From NCBI GenBank assembly GCA_963779615.1, contig CAVZZA010000003.1, positions 576,001-640,000 on the forward strand: a stretch of DNA of 64,000 nt, written 5' to 3'. Positions 9,858-21,570 of this stretch are shown piece by piece. Under the pieces are notes generated by a model. It did no database searches. It saw only the letters and a program-made list of their open reading frames with translations, and was not told where the DNA came from. Within the stretch, counting starts at the first letter, position 1. Every line of letters starts with the position of its first letter. This stretch comes from an uncultured Nitrososphaeraceae archaeon. Lineage in GTDB: Archaea; Thermoproteota; Nitrososphaeria; Nitrososphaerales; Nitrososphaeraceae. The position numbers and the translations under genes were made by a program.

Positions 9858-10853
9858 TCATCTAATATACGCATCCTTAAGCCCATAGTAGTAGCCACAG
9901 AAGATGTCATAGGGACCCCGATTGCAATTGGAAGGATAAAGACCTTGATTTGGGGAAATAACTCTGCCGGAGTTGTCATAATTTCTTGCAGCCGTACCAC
10001 CGGGCTTGTGTCCCCAGAAACCCGAAAAATAATGCCAATGATACCAATGATAATCTTGCCACGTGGTTGAAACAACCATTGCAACAGAATAGTACGGAGT
10101 GCTACCACCACAACCATTAACAACACCATCACATCGAGCAGCAGCTGATACACTGCCGCAACTTATGTCAAAGTTGCAGCCATGTGCCCTACCTGGCTGG
10201 GCAAAGGTATTAGTACGCATGTTCATCGCGTAATTATAGCAGTTATTATAACCCATGTAGCGCGAATCGTTCCAAAATGAAGGATTATAATACGCACTCC
10301 AGATGTTGCATGATGCAAGAGCCTCTGGAGAGGGTTGTCGGGACTCTTCTTGAAGCGTTTCTGAAATATCCTGTTGAGGGTGTCCCCCATCATCGATGGC
10401 TTGCTCCACGAGTTGTTTAATTTTGTTATTATCTTTAAAAGTTTTTAGATCATGATCAACGCCTTCCGATAAACTAGGCGATGTATTCATTGTATTCAAT
10501 AACCATTTTTCCTTTTCTCGTATATCCTCCAAGCCAAGGGAAGGTTTGAAACTTTTGTTAAATTCGTCTAATTTTTTAGAACCGTATATACGGAAGGTAT
10601 TTGGCAATTTTGGATGGTACTGTGTTTTTTCAGCACCCACTTCAGACGAACCAATTTTTTCAGATTCCTCGGATATCACAGATAGAACGAATCCCCTATA
10701 TCCAAGATCCAGGCTTACTCCATGATCTTCAGGATTCATAATATCTATCCAACCTGGCATTTCGATGAATTCTTTGGCCTTATCCTCTGATAATTCCCAG
10801 GATGGATTTGAATTACCCGAATAGATATCCAATGTTGCTTCCAGCCTTACCAT
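9858..10853 (-). CDS. Two-domain protein with a putative papain-like cysteine hydrolase domain
   Basis: NNCYNYA, AQPG, DYHWY and WGHKPG motifs suggest a Cys-His catalytic core; Cys-rich C-domain; no signal peptide. Confidence 0.6.
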   Translation of the reverse strand: MVRLEATLDIYSGNSNPSWELSEDKAKEFIEMPGWIDIMNPEDHGVSLDLGYRGFVLSVISEESEKIGSSEVGAEKTQYHPKLPNTFRIYGSKKLDEFNKSFKPSLGLEDIREKEKWLLNTMNTSPSLSEGVDHDLKTFKDNNKIKQLVEQAIDDGGHPQQDISETLQEESRQPSPEALASCNIWSAYYNPSFWNDSRYMGYNNCYNYAMNMRTNTFAQPGRAHGCNFDISCGSVSAAARCDGVVNGCGGSTPYYSVAMVVSTTWQDYHWYHWHYFSGFWGHKPGGTAARNYDNSGRVISPNQGLYPSNCNRGPYDIFCGYYYGLKDAYIR

Positions 10854-11791
10854 TAAGTTAACATATACATGATGTTTATTAATATTTTGGTGTTATTCTA
10901 CAATATTCAATACTTCTGCCCATGAAACACACTTCTCAGAAATCCTGTCATATCCACATTTATACAAACAGCTTTTATTTTCTAGTCATGTTTATGGTAA
11001 AAACGGAATCTCAAAAGCCCAGATCTGTAACGACCTTTTAACGAAGACATAATGTTATTACGCATCCTTTGCTAACCAATGCGAGATTAATTTTTGATTG
11101 ATACTAACAAACGGTACTTTACTTCTTTAATTCGCAGTTTTGAAGTGCTTTTTAATTTTATGACCAAATAAACTGGGTTCAGATACATATCAATAACCAA
11201 TTGAATGCAAAATATTGGATTTATTTGTTATCAATGGCTTTGATTTTTTAGAAAATCGTCCATGTGCACAACGGCTTCAAGCCTTGAAAACAACAGTTTT
11301 TATGTTAGCACCATCATTTTAGCCGCAAGTTCAGTGCAACAGGATTGCAAAAGGAAAACCTAGGCTCGGAACAACAACCTTAAAGCAACAACAGTAACAA
11401 CCTGTGCCACAAATGCTCCATCAAGCGCCGTTTTCTCGGAAGGCTTTTCCTTTTCGGGTTTGCGTCAAAGGATAATATGGACATAGCATATTTGGTTCGT
11501 CCAAACTTCACAGAAAAGAAAATAAAAATGATTTTTGAAATTCAACGATAATGGGGATACAAATAAGGATTGGTTACTTTCGGAAACATGAGAACAGGGG
11601 TTATTTGCACTAAAGGAGAACCCATCTAAATGTTGTACGCAAGCGTAATTCAATGTACCTTATTGGATAATGATATTACTTTTGGATAAATATGTTTTTG
11701 AGGCATGATTATAACAGATATGGCACATTCCCAATTAGAGCCTATCCCAAAATTCGATAGAATTATAGCTTATTGTCCATTTCATTAAACT

Positions 11792-12160
11792 GTGGCGTCT
11801 GTCCATAATCCGCACAAGCATACAATCACAAAGATTCCAGATGAATTATGGGATAAAATTGTTACCGTTTTGCCAAAGGAAAAACCTGAAAATGCTGTTG
11901 GTCGTCCAATTGTACCATTTAGAAAAGTAATGGATGGCATCATGTATGTCCTTAGAACCGGATGCCAGTGGAAAATGCTGCCCAGAGAATATGGTTCCGG
12001 TTCCACCTGCCATAGGCGGTTTCAGGAATGGGTCAGGCTAGATGTTTTCAAAAAGATGTGGATCAGGCTGCTAAAAACATATGACAGCAAAAAGGGAATC
12101 AAGTGGACCTGGCAATCCATCGACAGCATATCAATAAAGTCACCCTTAGGGGGGCGATGA
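11792..12160 (+). CDS. IS5 transposase OrfA
   Basis: IPDELW, GRP, YVLRTGCQWKMLP, TCHRRFQEW, IDS; ends at the AGGGGGG slippery site (G run 12149-12154). Confidence 0.88.
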   Translation: MASVHNPHKHTITKIPDELWDKIVTVLPKEKPENAVGRPIVPFRKVMDGIMYVLRTGCQWKMLPREYGSGSTCHRRFQEWVRLDVFKKMWIRLLKTYDSKKGIKWTWQSIDSISIKSPLGGR

Positions 12161-12656
12161 CCGGATGTAATCCCACCGACAGAGGCAAACTGGGCACAAA
12201 AAGGCACATTTTAACGGATAAAAATGGCATACCCTGTCTGTTGTCATATCATCAGCAAACACTCATGACATAAAACTAGTAACAGATGTAATGGATAGCA
12301 TGCTTGTCAAGCGGTCATCACCATCAGCGAAATGCAAATCACCTAGAAAAAGAAAACTACAACACCTATGCCTTGACAAAGCGTACAATTCCAAGACAGT
12401 AAAACAGGCCATAATCAAACGCGGCTATGTTCCCCACATACCTTACAAGAGAAACAGGGGCCAGAAAATAGAGGCGGTATTCCAAAAGAAGCATCCTGCC
12501 GCTAAAAACAAGCGATGGGTTGTGGAGAGAACAAACTCATGGCACAGCAGGTTCAGGAAACTGTTCACAAGATATGAAAAGAAAGCAGAGAATTGTCTTG
12601 GTTTGGTGCAGCTGTCATGCAGTATCATTATCTACAGAAAGACAATTTTGGGATAG
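12157..12656 (+). pseudogene. IS5 transposase OrfB with an extra 1-bp deletion near 12232
   Basis: NPTDRGKLGTKRH..GIP, then a frame change to SANTHD, LDKAYNS, RWVVERTNSW, RYEKK. Confidence 0.8.
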
Positions 12657-12749
12657 GCTCTTAACCAACTTGGAATATATTGGATAGCAATGATTGTATG
12701 CTATTGATGCATTGTATCTGTCAATCATATTTGAGCATAATCGGACCTT

Positions 12750-13856
12750 CTACAGTTTTTGGTTTTGTTTCCAGAAAATATCATCTATCCATTTTTTTTC
12801 CAAGTTATAATAATAATTGCGTTTTATCAAATAATTGTAAAAATCCGTTGCTAGTTTTTTGTTGTAATCTTTAAAACATTCACTTTTTGTGTTAAAATAT
12901 TTTATTATTTTCTCAGCTGCAAACATACCATTGTTGATGGCATTTAAAATACCTTGTGAAGAAATTGGATCAAAAGTTACGGAGGCGTCACCCACTGCCA
13001 ACCAATTTTGTCCTGTCACTGTCTCCAATATTGAACTATTTGATACCATTATATGGGGACCAGAAGTCACTTCATAATTGTATTTTTTTATGTTTAATTT
13101 AACATGTTTTGCTTTTTGCATAATCCTCATCCACCCTTTAGATGATGATGCTTGTCGTGCGACAGGAAGGTTGCTATTGGTAAAAAAGGAGACCACCCTA
13201 ATATTTCTAGGGAGTAATGCGGAGTACCACCATCCATCAGAAACTGACTCTATCAAGGTCATTGAATCAGTGTCGCCGGGGGATCGCGGCAATAGAAAGG
13301 AGACGTATCCGCACAGATTGTCAAATACCAATCTTCTGACACCCAGGCGATGTGAAAGCCATCTTGTTCTACCCGTGGCATCCACCAGATATTTTGCATT
13401 CAAAAGATCTGTTTCTGTTTTTTTGTCTTTTCTCAATTTCAATTTCCAAATCTTTTCACAATTATTCTCAATAGTTTCAACCATCGATTCCGAATAAAAA
13501 GTTCCTTCCCGTATAGCGGCATTTATCAACATCAAATCAAACTTCACTCTATCTATATGCCAACCATATGTATCTGGATGAAAAATAAAATTGTGTTCTT
13601 TGGTTTCCGTATCTCCCCAAGATGATATATTCCCTGTTGACGTCAAATGTTCATCATTAAGGAAATCTCTCCATACACCCAAGTTAAGTAAACTGGCCTT
13701 TATATGAGGTGGAAGAGATTCCCCAAATAATTTTTTGTTATGACAGGGCAAACCCAGCAGAGCAACGGACAGGTTTGATTTGGACAGGTTTATGGCAACA
13801 GTTGAACCGGCAGGTCCATTACCAATTATGGCAACATCTACTGATCTCTTGCTCAT
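12750..13856 (-). CDS. LodB/GoxB-like FAD-dependent oxidoreductase (CTQ cofactor maturation flavoprotein)
   Basis: IIGNGPAG, GESLPP, GWHIDRVKFD, VDATGR, GWWYSA, AVGDA..FDPISSQGI; adjacent to a LodA-like gene. Confidence 0.82.
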   Translation of the reverse strand: MSKRSVDVAIIGNGPAGSTVAINLSKSNLSVALLGLPCHNKKLFGESLPPHIKASLLNLGVWRDFLNDEHLTSTGNISSWGDTETKEHNFIFHPDTYGWHIDRVKFDLMLINAAIREGTFYSESMVETIENNCEKIWKLKLRKDKKTETDLLNAKYLVDATGRTRWLSHRLGVRRLVFDNLCGYVSFLLPRSPGDTDSMTLIESVSDGWWYSALLPRNIRVVSFFTNSNLPVARQASSSKGWMRIMQKAKHVKLNIKKYNYEVTSGPHIMVSNSSILETVTGQNWLAVGDASVTFDPISSQGILNAINNGMFAAEKIIKYFNTKSECFKDYNKKLATDFYNYLIKRNYYYNLEKKWIDDIFWKQNQKL

Positions 13857-13936
13857 TTCGTTATAAATGAGTATAAGAATAAAATATTTACCTTTTTTTA
13901 GGTTTCCCATTACTTATATATCATTATGGATGATAA

Positions 13937-15584
13937 GTGTTATTGAGTGGAAAAGATTCTAATGCATCCCCCATATCCCATTTAAGGGTCCATCCTGGCA
14001 TAGGTATTGCCCGAGTTGGAAATAGTCCCACCGAGTATTTTATAGGGTCAGAAGTTCCTGGCCAAGCATCCCAACCTAAAGATGGTTTGTTTAAGGATAA
14101 TGAAGGAAGGGTGAAACGTCAGGCTGTTCGTTTCCGGATTTACGCCTATGACTCCAGTGACAAGGTCATTAAAGAACTCACTTTAGATGACTGTTCCATT
14201 ACTTGGCAGGTGCATTTAACAAATAGAAAGAGTTCAAGTAATAAATTCACAGGGTTTTATGTTCCCCCATCTTCCAAAAAACGAAATTCAGATATTGTTG
14301 GGGAAGAGGAAAGAGAGAAAAGCCTTGTCATCGATTCAGGCCCAATATCCATAAATGGAGTAAATCAAAGCGGAGATAATTTTAAATTCGACAAAGGAAA
14401 ATGCTTTGGCGTTAAAGTATCACTAGGAGAGGTTCAAACCGACGAAAAAGGAAGGCTGATTGTTTTGGGAGGCTTTGGTAAATCAGATTGTAGAGATGGT
14501 AACAGGAACAGGTATCCATTGGATAATTTTGCAAATAATGACGGGTGGTTTGACGATACATCCGATGGACCGGTTACTGCATCTGTCACATTCGAAAACG
14601 GCAAGGTCATACCCGTCAAAGATAACGCATGGATAATAGTGGCACCCCCAAAGTTTGCCCCATATCATTACCCAATAGTCACACTGTATGACACAATGAA
14701 ACAAGTTGCATTAGATGAAAATTGGATTTCACATCCAAACGAAGTCTCTTTCACGAAGGATATTTTTCCGATTTTATACCGCGTAACACAATACAGATGG
14801 GTAAACAAACGAGCACACATGGGACATGGTGAGAATAAAGGGGGGAGATTTCCTCCAAAACATCAAAACTCTTTCGGATAATAAAAGTCAAGACGGCGCC
14901 AATATGCGTAAACATATCTTTAGTAGGATTAGAAATCCGAACCTCATAGATCCCGATACACAGGATGAAGAAAAAATGGCTGAAGACCAGGCATCGCCAA
15001 GATTTATGCCTCCTTTATCAGGAGATGGTGGCGAACATGCCACTAAAAATTTTAAGAATTGGATGAAGGTACACCTGTTTCAGTATGAAATGCTAAAGAA
15101 ATGGAGCGAAGGTGATTTTATTTCTGATTGGGATGAGAATTCAGAAATAGGCAAATTTGAAGAAAAAAACCTTGAAGAAATGCCAATTGAAGAGCAACCC
15201 TTCGCTTTAGACAGAGCATCATTAGAATTGTCTATTGGCGCACCTTTATATCCAGGAATTGAAGTTACACATTATTTTTACAAAAAAGAATTTTACAATG
15301 GCAAACCTTTTAGAATCAACTCCGGTCTTAAGCCTGGAAGCATTACTCAACAGATGGCAATCCCATGGCAATCCGATTTTTTTGCCTGCGCCGATTATTG
15401 GTGGCCTACTGCTCGTCCGGATGATGTATTTGAGTCAATTTTAAAATATCCAGAAAAAAGTGTAGAGTGGGCAAGAGACGTTAACAGTGATGACATAGTA
15501 GACAAATGGAATAAACTAGGTTTTGTTAAACCAATAGAAAAGGATAATACAACCTTTTTCTTGGAAAAGGAGAGAAACATATAA
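13937..15584 (+). pseudogene. LodA/GoxA-family CTQ-dependent amino-acid oxidase, split by a +1 frameshift in a G6 run (14840-14845)
   Basis: VHPGIGIARVGNS, KRQAVRFRIY, GRLIVLGGFG, NNDGWFDDTSDGPV, PGIE, MAIPWQSDFFAC, WWPTARPD, WNKLGFV; removing one G joins ORFs 13937-14881 and 14826-15584. Confidence 0.88.
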
Positions 15585-16868
15585 GATCACAAGCCAACAT
15601 CCATCATAACATGGATATTCATTTTTTTATGTTACAAATGACGGTTATACTGCCAACGTATTTCAAATCACACATTATAGTTTATGACGATGGTTTAACA
15701 AAGTATAAAAGGTTTTAAAACGAAATTAATTAGTATCAAAAACAAGTATCAAAACCATAGTGGATACGCCAAAGAAGGGTAAAAAAATAATTTAGACCTT
15801 TTTGCGATGATAAAAGGAATAACAACAGACTGATGAATAGAACGACTTTCCAGCCCCTAATTGATTAATACTTCATATATTAATAGATGATACGCTTATT
15901 TGAAAAAAAGAGTAAATTGCAGCTGAATAACAAGTCTTTTAGATTTTGATAAATTTAATAAAAATTAATAGGTACTTGATTTCATTTTTTTATTGAAGGT
16001 TTTGTCGGTTTTTAAAACAACCATTGCCATATTTCTTTAATCAAACACCCATCCAATCACACACTGATTTTAAAAGAGAAAAAAATACTACACAATTTCC
16101 CCATTTTAAAACGGCTGTTTCAAATGCAACAGGTGTAAAACAAATCAATTTTTTCATATCTACAGCAAAAGCAATACTTGGCTGAATCAATTTAGTGATA
16201 TTATTATCAAGAATGACATATTTGACGGGATTTGTTGAGTTTTTTATAAATTTTTAAAATCCAATAAAGCCATTTGGCATAATCACTAATTTGCCAAAAT
16301 TATTACTTTTTTATTTCTGTTCGCTTACGGACAGATAACCAAATTCTATTATTATGTGCAAAATATATCTTTAAATCAAAATATGCTCCCCTTTATAAAA
16401 TTTTGAGCAATGTATAAGGGACTTTGTTCCTTTAGATATAACAATCTCCATTTCCTTTGGTACATTTGCCTCCAACATTCACCATTGTTGCATCCATTAA
16501 CTTAGTTTTCTCCCAATAGTTAAAGTAATGATTAAATCACTCTCTACCTCTCATGCATTGATCGTTCTTTCTGTGATGTTCTTGTCACACAGGGAATTAA
16601 TGAGAAAGCATTATCAAGATATCACAATCTTGTGGTAACATTTACCACCATATGTTGAGTATGGACGGCTGTTTTTTAGATATCCATCAAGCGTTTGAAC
16701 AATTGTTCAACAGGTAGGGCGACATGGATATAGCACAAAAATGGTAAAACTTAGACCCTATTCGTAATGACTGATGTAGCAATTGGATTTTCTCCAATTA
16801 GCTGCTTTGACACTACATTCACATCAAAATTATATAATAGCACCCATAACAGAATAAAGTAAAAATAG

Positions 16869-17249
16869 TTGCCTCATAACCGCAGAATTTTAATTGTTGA
16901 CGATGATAGAGACATCCTACTAACTTTTAGAGTTGGACTGGAAAGTTATGGCTATATTGTTGACACTTACGACAGCCCTCAGAAAACCTTAAAAGAATTT
17001 AAGGCACATGATTACGACCTGCTATTAATTGACATACGAATGCCCAATATGTCAGGATTTGAACTATACATGCAACTAAGACAGGTCGACAAAGAATTTA
17101 GGGTTTGTTTTATGACATCTTTTGAGTTGTATTATCAAACATTAAGAGAGTTTTACCCAAATTTGGATGTTCAGTGTTTTATCAAAAAGCCCATATCAAG
17201 TGAGGAGCTAAACGAACACATCATAACAGAGTTAGACAACAGAAAATGA
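16869..17249 (+). CDS. Single-domain response regulator (receiver)
   Basis: ILIVDDD, DIRMPNMSG, FMTS, FIKKP. Confidence 0.92.
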   Translation: MPHNRRILIVDDDRDILLTFRVGLESYGYIVDTYDSPQKTLKEFKAHDYDLLLIDIRMPNMSGFELYMQLRQVDKEFRVCFMTSFELYYQTLREFYPNLDVQCFIKKPISSEELNEHIITELDNRK

Positions 17250-17465
17250 AATACAAGATATTATTCTACAGATTCAGCCCCTATATCTTATCCTATAAAA
17301 AAAAGTTGTAGCAACGATACTCTGTTTACCCATCTTAATTTTTTCTAGGGCTCCTTTAATACCTGTGTAGGTAATAACAACATGGATTTAATTATTTGGG
17401 ATTGATTGATGTTATTTGCATATAGAGGAAAAAAAGGTTAAATAGCATAGCAACCATTTAAAGCA

Positions 17466-18353
17466 ATGCGAGGGGTATTTTCATCTTCAAATTTGCTAGT
17501 TGGAATCATTGAAGAGATCGATATCCATAAAGTTAAACAGTCACCAAAATTTTCATTTTTTAATCCGGATCGTTTTGATTCAAAGGAATTGAAGGATTCG
17601 ATAAAAGAGAGCGGATTGCTCCACCCCATTATTGTAAGAACGGTGGATGATTTTTATGAGATTGTGGCAGGCAATAGACGCTTTAACGCATGTAAAAGTT
17701 TAGGATGGCGAAAGATTGTCTGCCATATTGTGGAACTAAGCGAAAAGGATGCATTTTCAATTTTTTTAGCAGAAAATATTCAAAGAAAAAGCCTTGATCC
17801 TATCGAGGAGGCTCGCGCATTCAGATTATACATAGACAGTTTTGGTTTTGGCGGCATTTCAGATTTAGCAAAGAAAATTGGAAAAAGTCCAAGCTACGTT
17901 TATAAAAAAATGAGCCTTTTAGGCTTGCCATTATACATACTGGAAGGAATACAAAATTCAATGGTTAAATCAACTGTTGCAGAGGAGTTATTGCCCATCC
18001 ATGATCCTGAAAATAGAAAAAGAATTTCAAAAATAATTGTTGATGGGCACTTGACTGCAAAGGAAACGAGAGAATTGGTAAAAAATGTTAAAGATAAACC
18101 GTCATCAGCATATGATGATAATGGAAATAAGTATATGGATGTATTGTACAGAGATAGAATAATTGATATAGATACAAAAGCTCAACGCTCATTTGACAAA
18201 TCAATAACCGCTCTAAAGATCGCAATGAATAAGATTGCTACAATTACAGAGGGAATAGAAGAAAATTGGATAGTTTATGAAATGCTAATGCAACACAAAA
18301 ATACGCTGAATAATCAAATAGATTTGCTAATAAAACAAAAGAAAAAATTATAA
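17466..18353 (+). CDS. ParB/RepB/Spo0J-family protein
   Basis: GLLHPIIVR, IVAGNRR, ENIQRKSLDPIEEA, HTH LAKKIGKSPSYV; no parA nearby. Confidence 0.9.
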   Translation: MRGVFSSSNLLVGIIEEIDIHKVKQSPKFSFFNPDRFDSKELKDSIKESGLLHPIIVRTVDDFYEIVAGNRRFNACKSLGWRKIVCHIVELSEKDAFSIFLAENIQRKSLDPIEEARAFRLYIDSFGFGGISDLAKKIGKSPSYVYKKMSLLGLPLYILEGIQNSMVKSTVAEELLPIHDPENRKRISKIIVDGHLTAKETRELVKNVKDKPSSAYDDNGNKYMDVLYRDRIIDIDTKAQRSFDKSITALKIAMNKIATITEGIEENWIVYEMLMQHKNTLNNQIDLLIKQKKKL

Positions 18354-18535
18354 GCGATAACCATACTTTTTGTTGGGGTTTTATATAAAGAATTAGGTCA
18401 TATAAAAGGGAAGAAACTCGGCACAGCACAACGTTTAACTTTATCGATGATTACATCCACAATTTAAATTAAAATCAAATGTATGAAAAAGGTCTGTTAA
18501 TTGGGTCATAACCTGATACAACATCCTTTACAACT

Positions 18536-18551
18536 TTTTCGACGTCGAAAA
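18536..18551. promoter_or_regulatory. Perfect 16-bp palindrome TTTTCGACGTCGAAAA (candidate parS-like site, copy 1)
   Basis: Read directly; about 180 bp downstream of the ParB gene; function is inferred. Confidence 0.5.
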
Positions 18552-18776
18552 GAAACTGATTTTTTATAAAGGTAGTTGTTTACAGGCCAACAAATTGTTT
18601 GGTTTGAAAATGAATTGGTCTAATTCTAACAATTATTTTCAAAAAATAACTACTATCGAATCCCAAAGTTTCATCTTTGTCAGTTTTTTTGTGGCCAATC
18701 TTATTTCTGAGGGGACATTAGGACATAATGATCCTGAATACAGAATGGCAAATGCCTTTTTTTGGTTAAATATCTT

Positions 18777-19872
18777 TTAAGTTGGCAATCCAACCTCACT
18801 GAATGCGCCCCTTATTTTCTGTACGGATCCATTGGGTATTTTCCCATTTTCAACAAGTATACGAGATGAATTGTACAATAACTTTGACTGCATCATTAAA
18901 GTTTGCAGTTGCCCACAGATTCTGCAATGCATCGTACCATACCAATACTGCCTTGTCTGTACCAATCTCCTTCGCTGAAAGATAAAATGCCTTGTTTGGA
19001 ATTCCGCTGTTTATGTGTACTCCGTGGTTATCACCTTCGCCGGTATAATATTTTCCCATATGATCTGGCTGCGGGTCTCTACCCATAAGTTCATTATCAA
19101 AGGCTGTTCCAGGATCGCTCATGGAGCGAAGTGACTCACCCCTTAGTGTAGGGCCCATAATTTCATCTCCAATTAACCAATCCGCAGTGTCAGCAGTCTG
19201 GCCTTCGACATATTGAGTGATTACGCTTCCAAAAACATCTGAAAAGTGTTCGTTTAAAGCCCCAGATTGACTGTCATATTCCAGGTTTGCTTCCCATTGA
19301 GTAACGCCATGAGCAAGCTCATGAGCTATTACATCAAGAGATTTTGCAAAACTTATGAAGATTTCGCCATCACCGTCACCAAATGTCATTTGATCACCGT
19401 CCCAATAGGCGTTTTGATATTTTTCACCGTAATGAACATTCAAAATCAGGTCCATATTCGCATTATCAATTGAATTGCGATTATGAACTGTTTTAAAATA
19501 ATCTTTTACTTTACCTGAAAAGTCATACATTTTATCCGCTGCTTCATCACCAGTCGCGGGCCCTCCCTCATCTCTTACTAATTTTACTTTTTGTACCCAT
19601 TGATTGCCACAATCATATACATGTCTAGCTGCGTTTCCCACTGCTTCAAGTGATACAAATTCTGCCATATCTGTAACTCTATTTCTTCTACTCTTTCTAC
19701 TAAGGTTACTTTGTGTGAGATTTAATGAGATATCCTGCAAAGAAACTTTACCTTCTAAAATTACACCAGCTCTTGCCATGTTTCTAAGAACAAAAGGCGG
19801 TAAGAATGTACAGTGGCATTTACATGATGGGGAATGTGCTTTACCTGTTTTCAAAATTGGGTTTTGATTCAT
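18777..19872 (-). pseudogene. Protealysin-like M4 metalloprotease with a +1 frameshift near 18870
   Basis: Short propeptide CTFLPPFVL, NAYWDG, HELAH, GALNEHFSD, GVHINSGIPN; the expected C-terminus (..AFSEVGL) continues in another frame to 18777. Confidence 0.88.
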
Positions 19873-20020
19873 AACTTATGCATTATTATTGTATCTAATA
19901 AAGTTGTTCATATAAAATATTGTGATTTTTTATGTCACACAAATGGCAAACTTTATGTTAAAATTTTAATTACTAAAGTTAAGGATGTTCAGTATTGGAG
20001 GTAAAGTAATTTGGTTAATT

Positions 20021-20509
20021 TCAGGGTATCAGGAATGTGTTCACAAGTGTTTCTTTATATTCACTTATCTTATATGCATTATGAATAAAGTCATTTATCT
20101 TCATGTTTAAAAAAGAAAGAGCACCAGGACATAAATTATAATGTTTATCATTAATCTCAATCCATATGTCATCTGGCGCAGGACTGCAGTTTTCTACCGA
20201 ATCACCAATTTCTTTGATATTATTCATTAGTAAAGATTTATCAACTGTATCGTTCACTATTTTGTACTCGATAAAAGGGACCTTACCAACTTTAATGGTG
20301 TTGTTATTTGACGAAAATTCCACTATGGCTTCCCCACCCCAAAACTTCTTAAAGTATTTGATAGTTATTTCATTACTAGGTTCCACTGCTTGAGCAGCTT
20401 TAAAAAATTCATCGAAAAATGGTAAAAAACCAAAGATAACAAACATAAAAGAAGAAATTCCAATTGAAACGGCTATTTTGTTCGATTTGTTTGTATTCAA
20501 GATTTTCAA
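20021..20509 (-). CDS. Secreted hypothetical protein between emfourin and protealysin
   Basis: Signal-like N-terminus ending AQA; 162 aa; two Cys. Confidence 0.55.
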   Translation of the reverse strand: MKILNTNKSNKIAVSIGISSFMFVIFGFLPFFDEFFKAAQAVEPSNEITIKYFKKFWGGEAIVEFSSNNNTIKVGKVPFIEYKIVNDTVDKSLLMNNIKEIGDSVENCSPAPDDIWIEINDKHYNLCPGALSFLNMKINDFIHNAYKISEYKETLVNTFLIP

Positions 20510-20607
20510 TGTCAGAATAAAAGTACAATGAATTCTTATTAATTCTTTTAGAAGGACGAAATAGCCATTTGTTTTGTTTTGAATTCTTGTAGCATCATAT
20601 TGAAAAC

Positions 20608-20913
20608 TTATGCGATTTTTTTGTTTGATTTCTTCAACACAAGATCAACAATAGTTCTGAGTTCTGGGGGCATTGTAACATCTGTTGTATTTACTGTATG
20701 AGTTTGATCATCATCTTGGATAGTTATTTTATAGGTAAAATAATCTGCGGCACCCTTTTTTGGCAAAGGAGATGATGTGGGATCAAAGGATTTTGAATTT
20801 TTAAGCAATGCCTTTATTTGATCAACCTGTGAAGATGCAAGTTCAGACTCATCTGCTGAAAATGTGTTATTCAATCCTGCAAAACCGCCACTACGCTCGA
20901 TGTTTATTTTCAT
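20608..20913 (-). CDS. Emfourin (protealysin inhibitor)
   Basis: MKINIERSGGFAG...ADYFTYKITI...PPELRTIVD; near a protealysin-like gene. Confidence 0.88.
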   Translation of the reverse strand: MKINIERSGGFAGLNNTFSADESELASSQVDQIKALLKNSKSFDPTSSPLPKKGAADYFTYKITIQDDDQTHTVNTTDVTMPPELRTIVDLVLKKSNKKIA

Positions 20914-21570
20914 ACTGTATTGACGTGGTTACTTTATAAAATCATTTATTATGAGATTTTAAAGGCGCCGACTCAACTTCGATTTTGAATCAATCACCAG
21001 TCATTATAGCATTTTTTCCTATTTCCAAGTTACCAACAGATCTAACGCATATCTAGCACTTTTATTATCAACGATACATCAACAAATAATGTCAATATCG
21101 TTCATCATAGCAGATGAGTATATGCTAGTGAAAGGAATCACAAATATGTTAAAGAATGCATTTTAGCGCATAGCAATACCTGCAAGGTCTAAATAACCAC
21201 ATAGGAAAGCATTAAGTATTTGCTATAGTGAGGGTATGAAAAGGGGTATGTACAGATTTATAGCCACCATAAAGGAACAGAAACCACTTTTCAGTAATCA
21301 AGGCAATCCGGTGAATGCATCAGGTTAAAAGATGATAAAGACAAAGAACAGGACTTGTGTTGAGATGTGTTGCCTATTTTGCATCAATACCTAAAGGTGA
21401 TTGTTGTAATATGGTTTTCACACAGCCTTAGAAACCAATATTTTAAAGACATTGTTACTATGTTTTGGTGAGTTTTCCCAGATTTTAAAAAACAGCCCTG
21501 CTATTTTTTCATACCTTTTATTGATTTAGTCAATGAATATCCACCAAATAATGATTAAATTTGATAAATT

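Larger units (their letters stand above)
11738..12660 (+). mobile_element. IS5-family insertion sequence (923 bp)
   Basis: Perfect 17-bp TIRs GAGCCTATCCCAAAATT (11738-11754, 12644-12660); TTA target duplication (11735-11737, 12661-12663). Confidence 0.93.

Noticed and set aside
11280-11700. Possible decayed gene upstream of IS5
   Set aside because: No recognisable motif in the frames I translated.
16560-16770. Sequence similar to the IS6 5' end (AATGAGAAAGCAT, also at 5167) and an IS5-like end
   Set aside because: Too short and degenerate to delimit an element.
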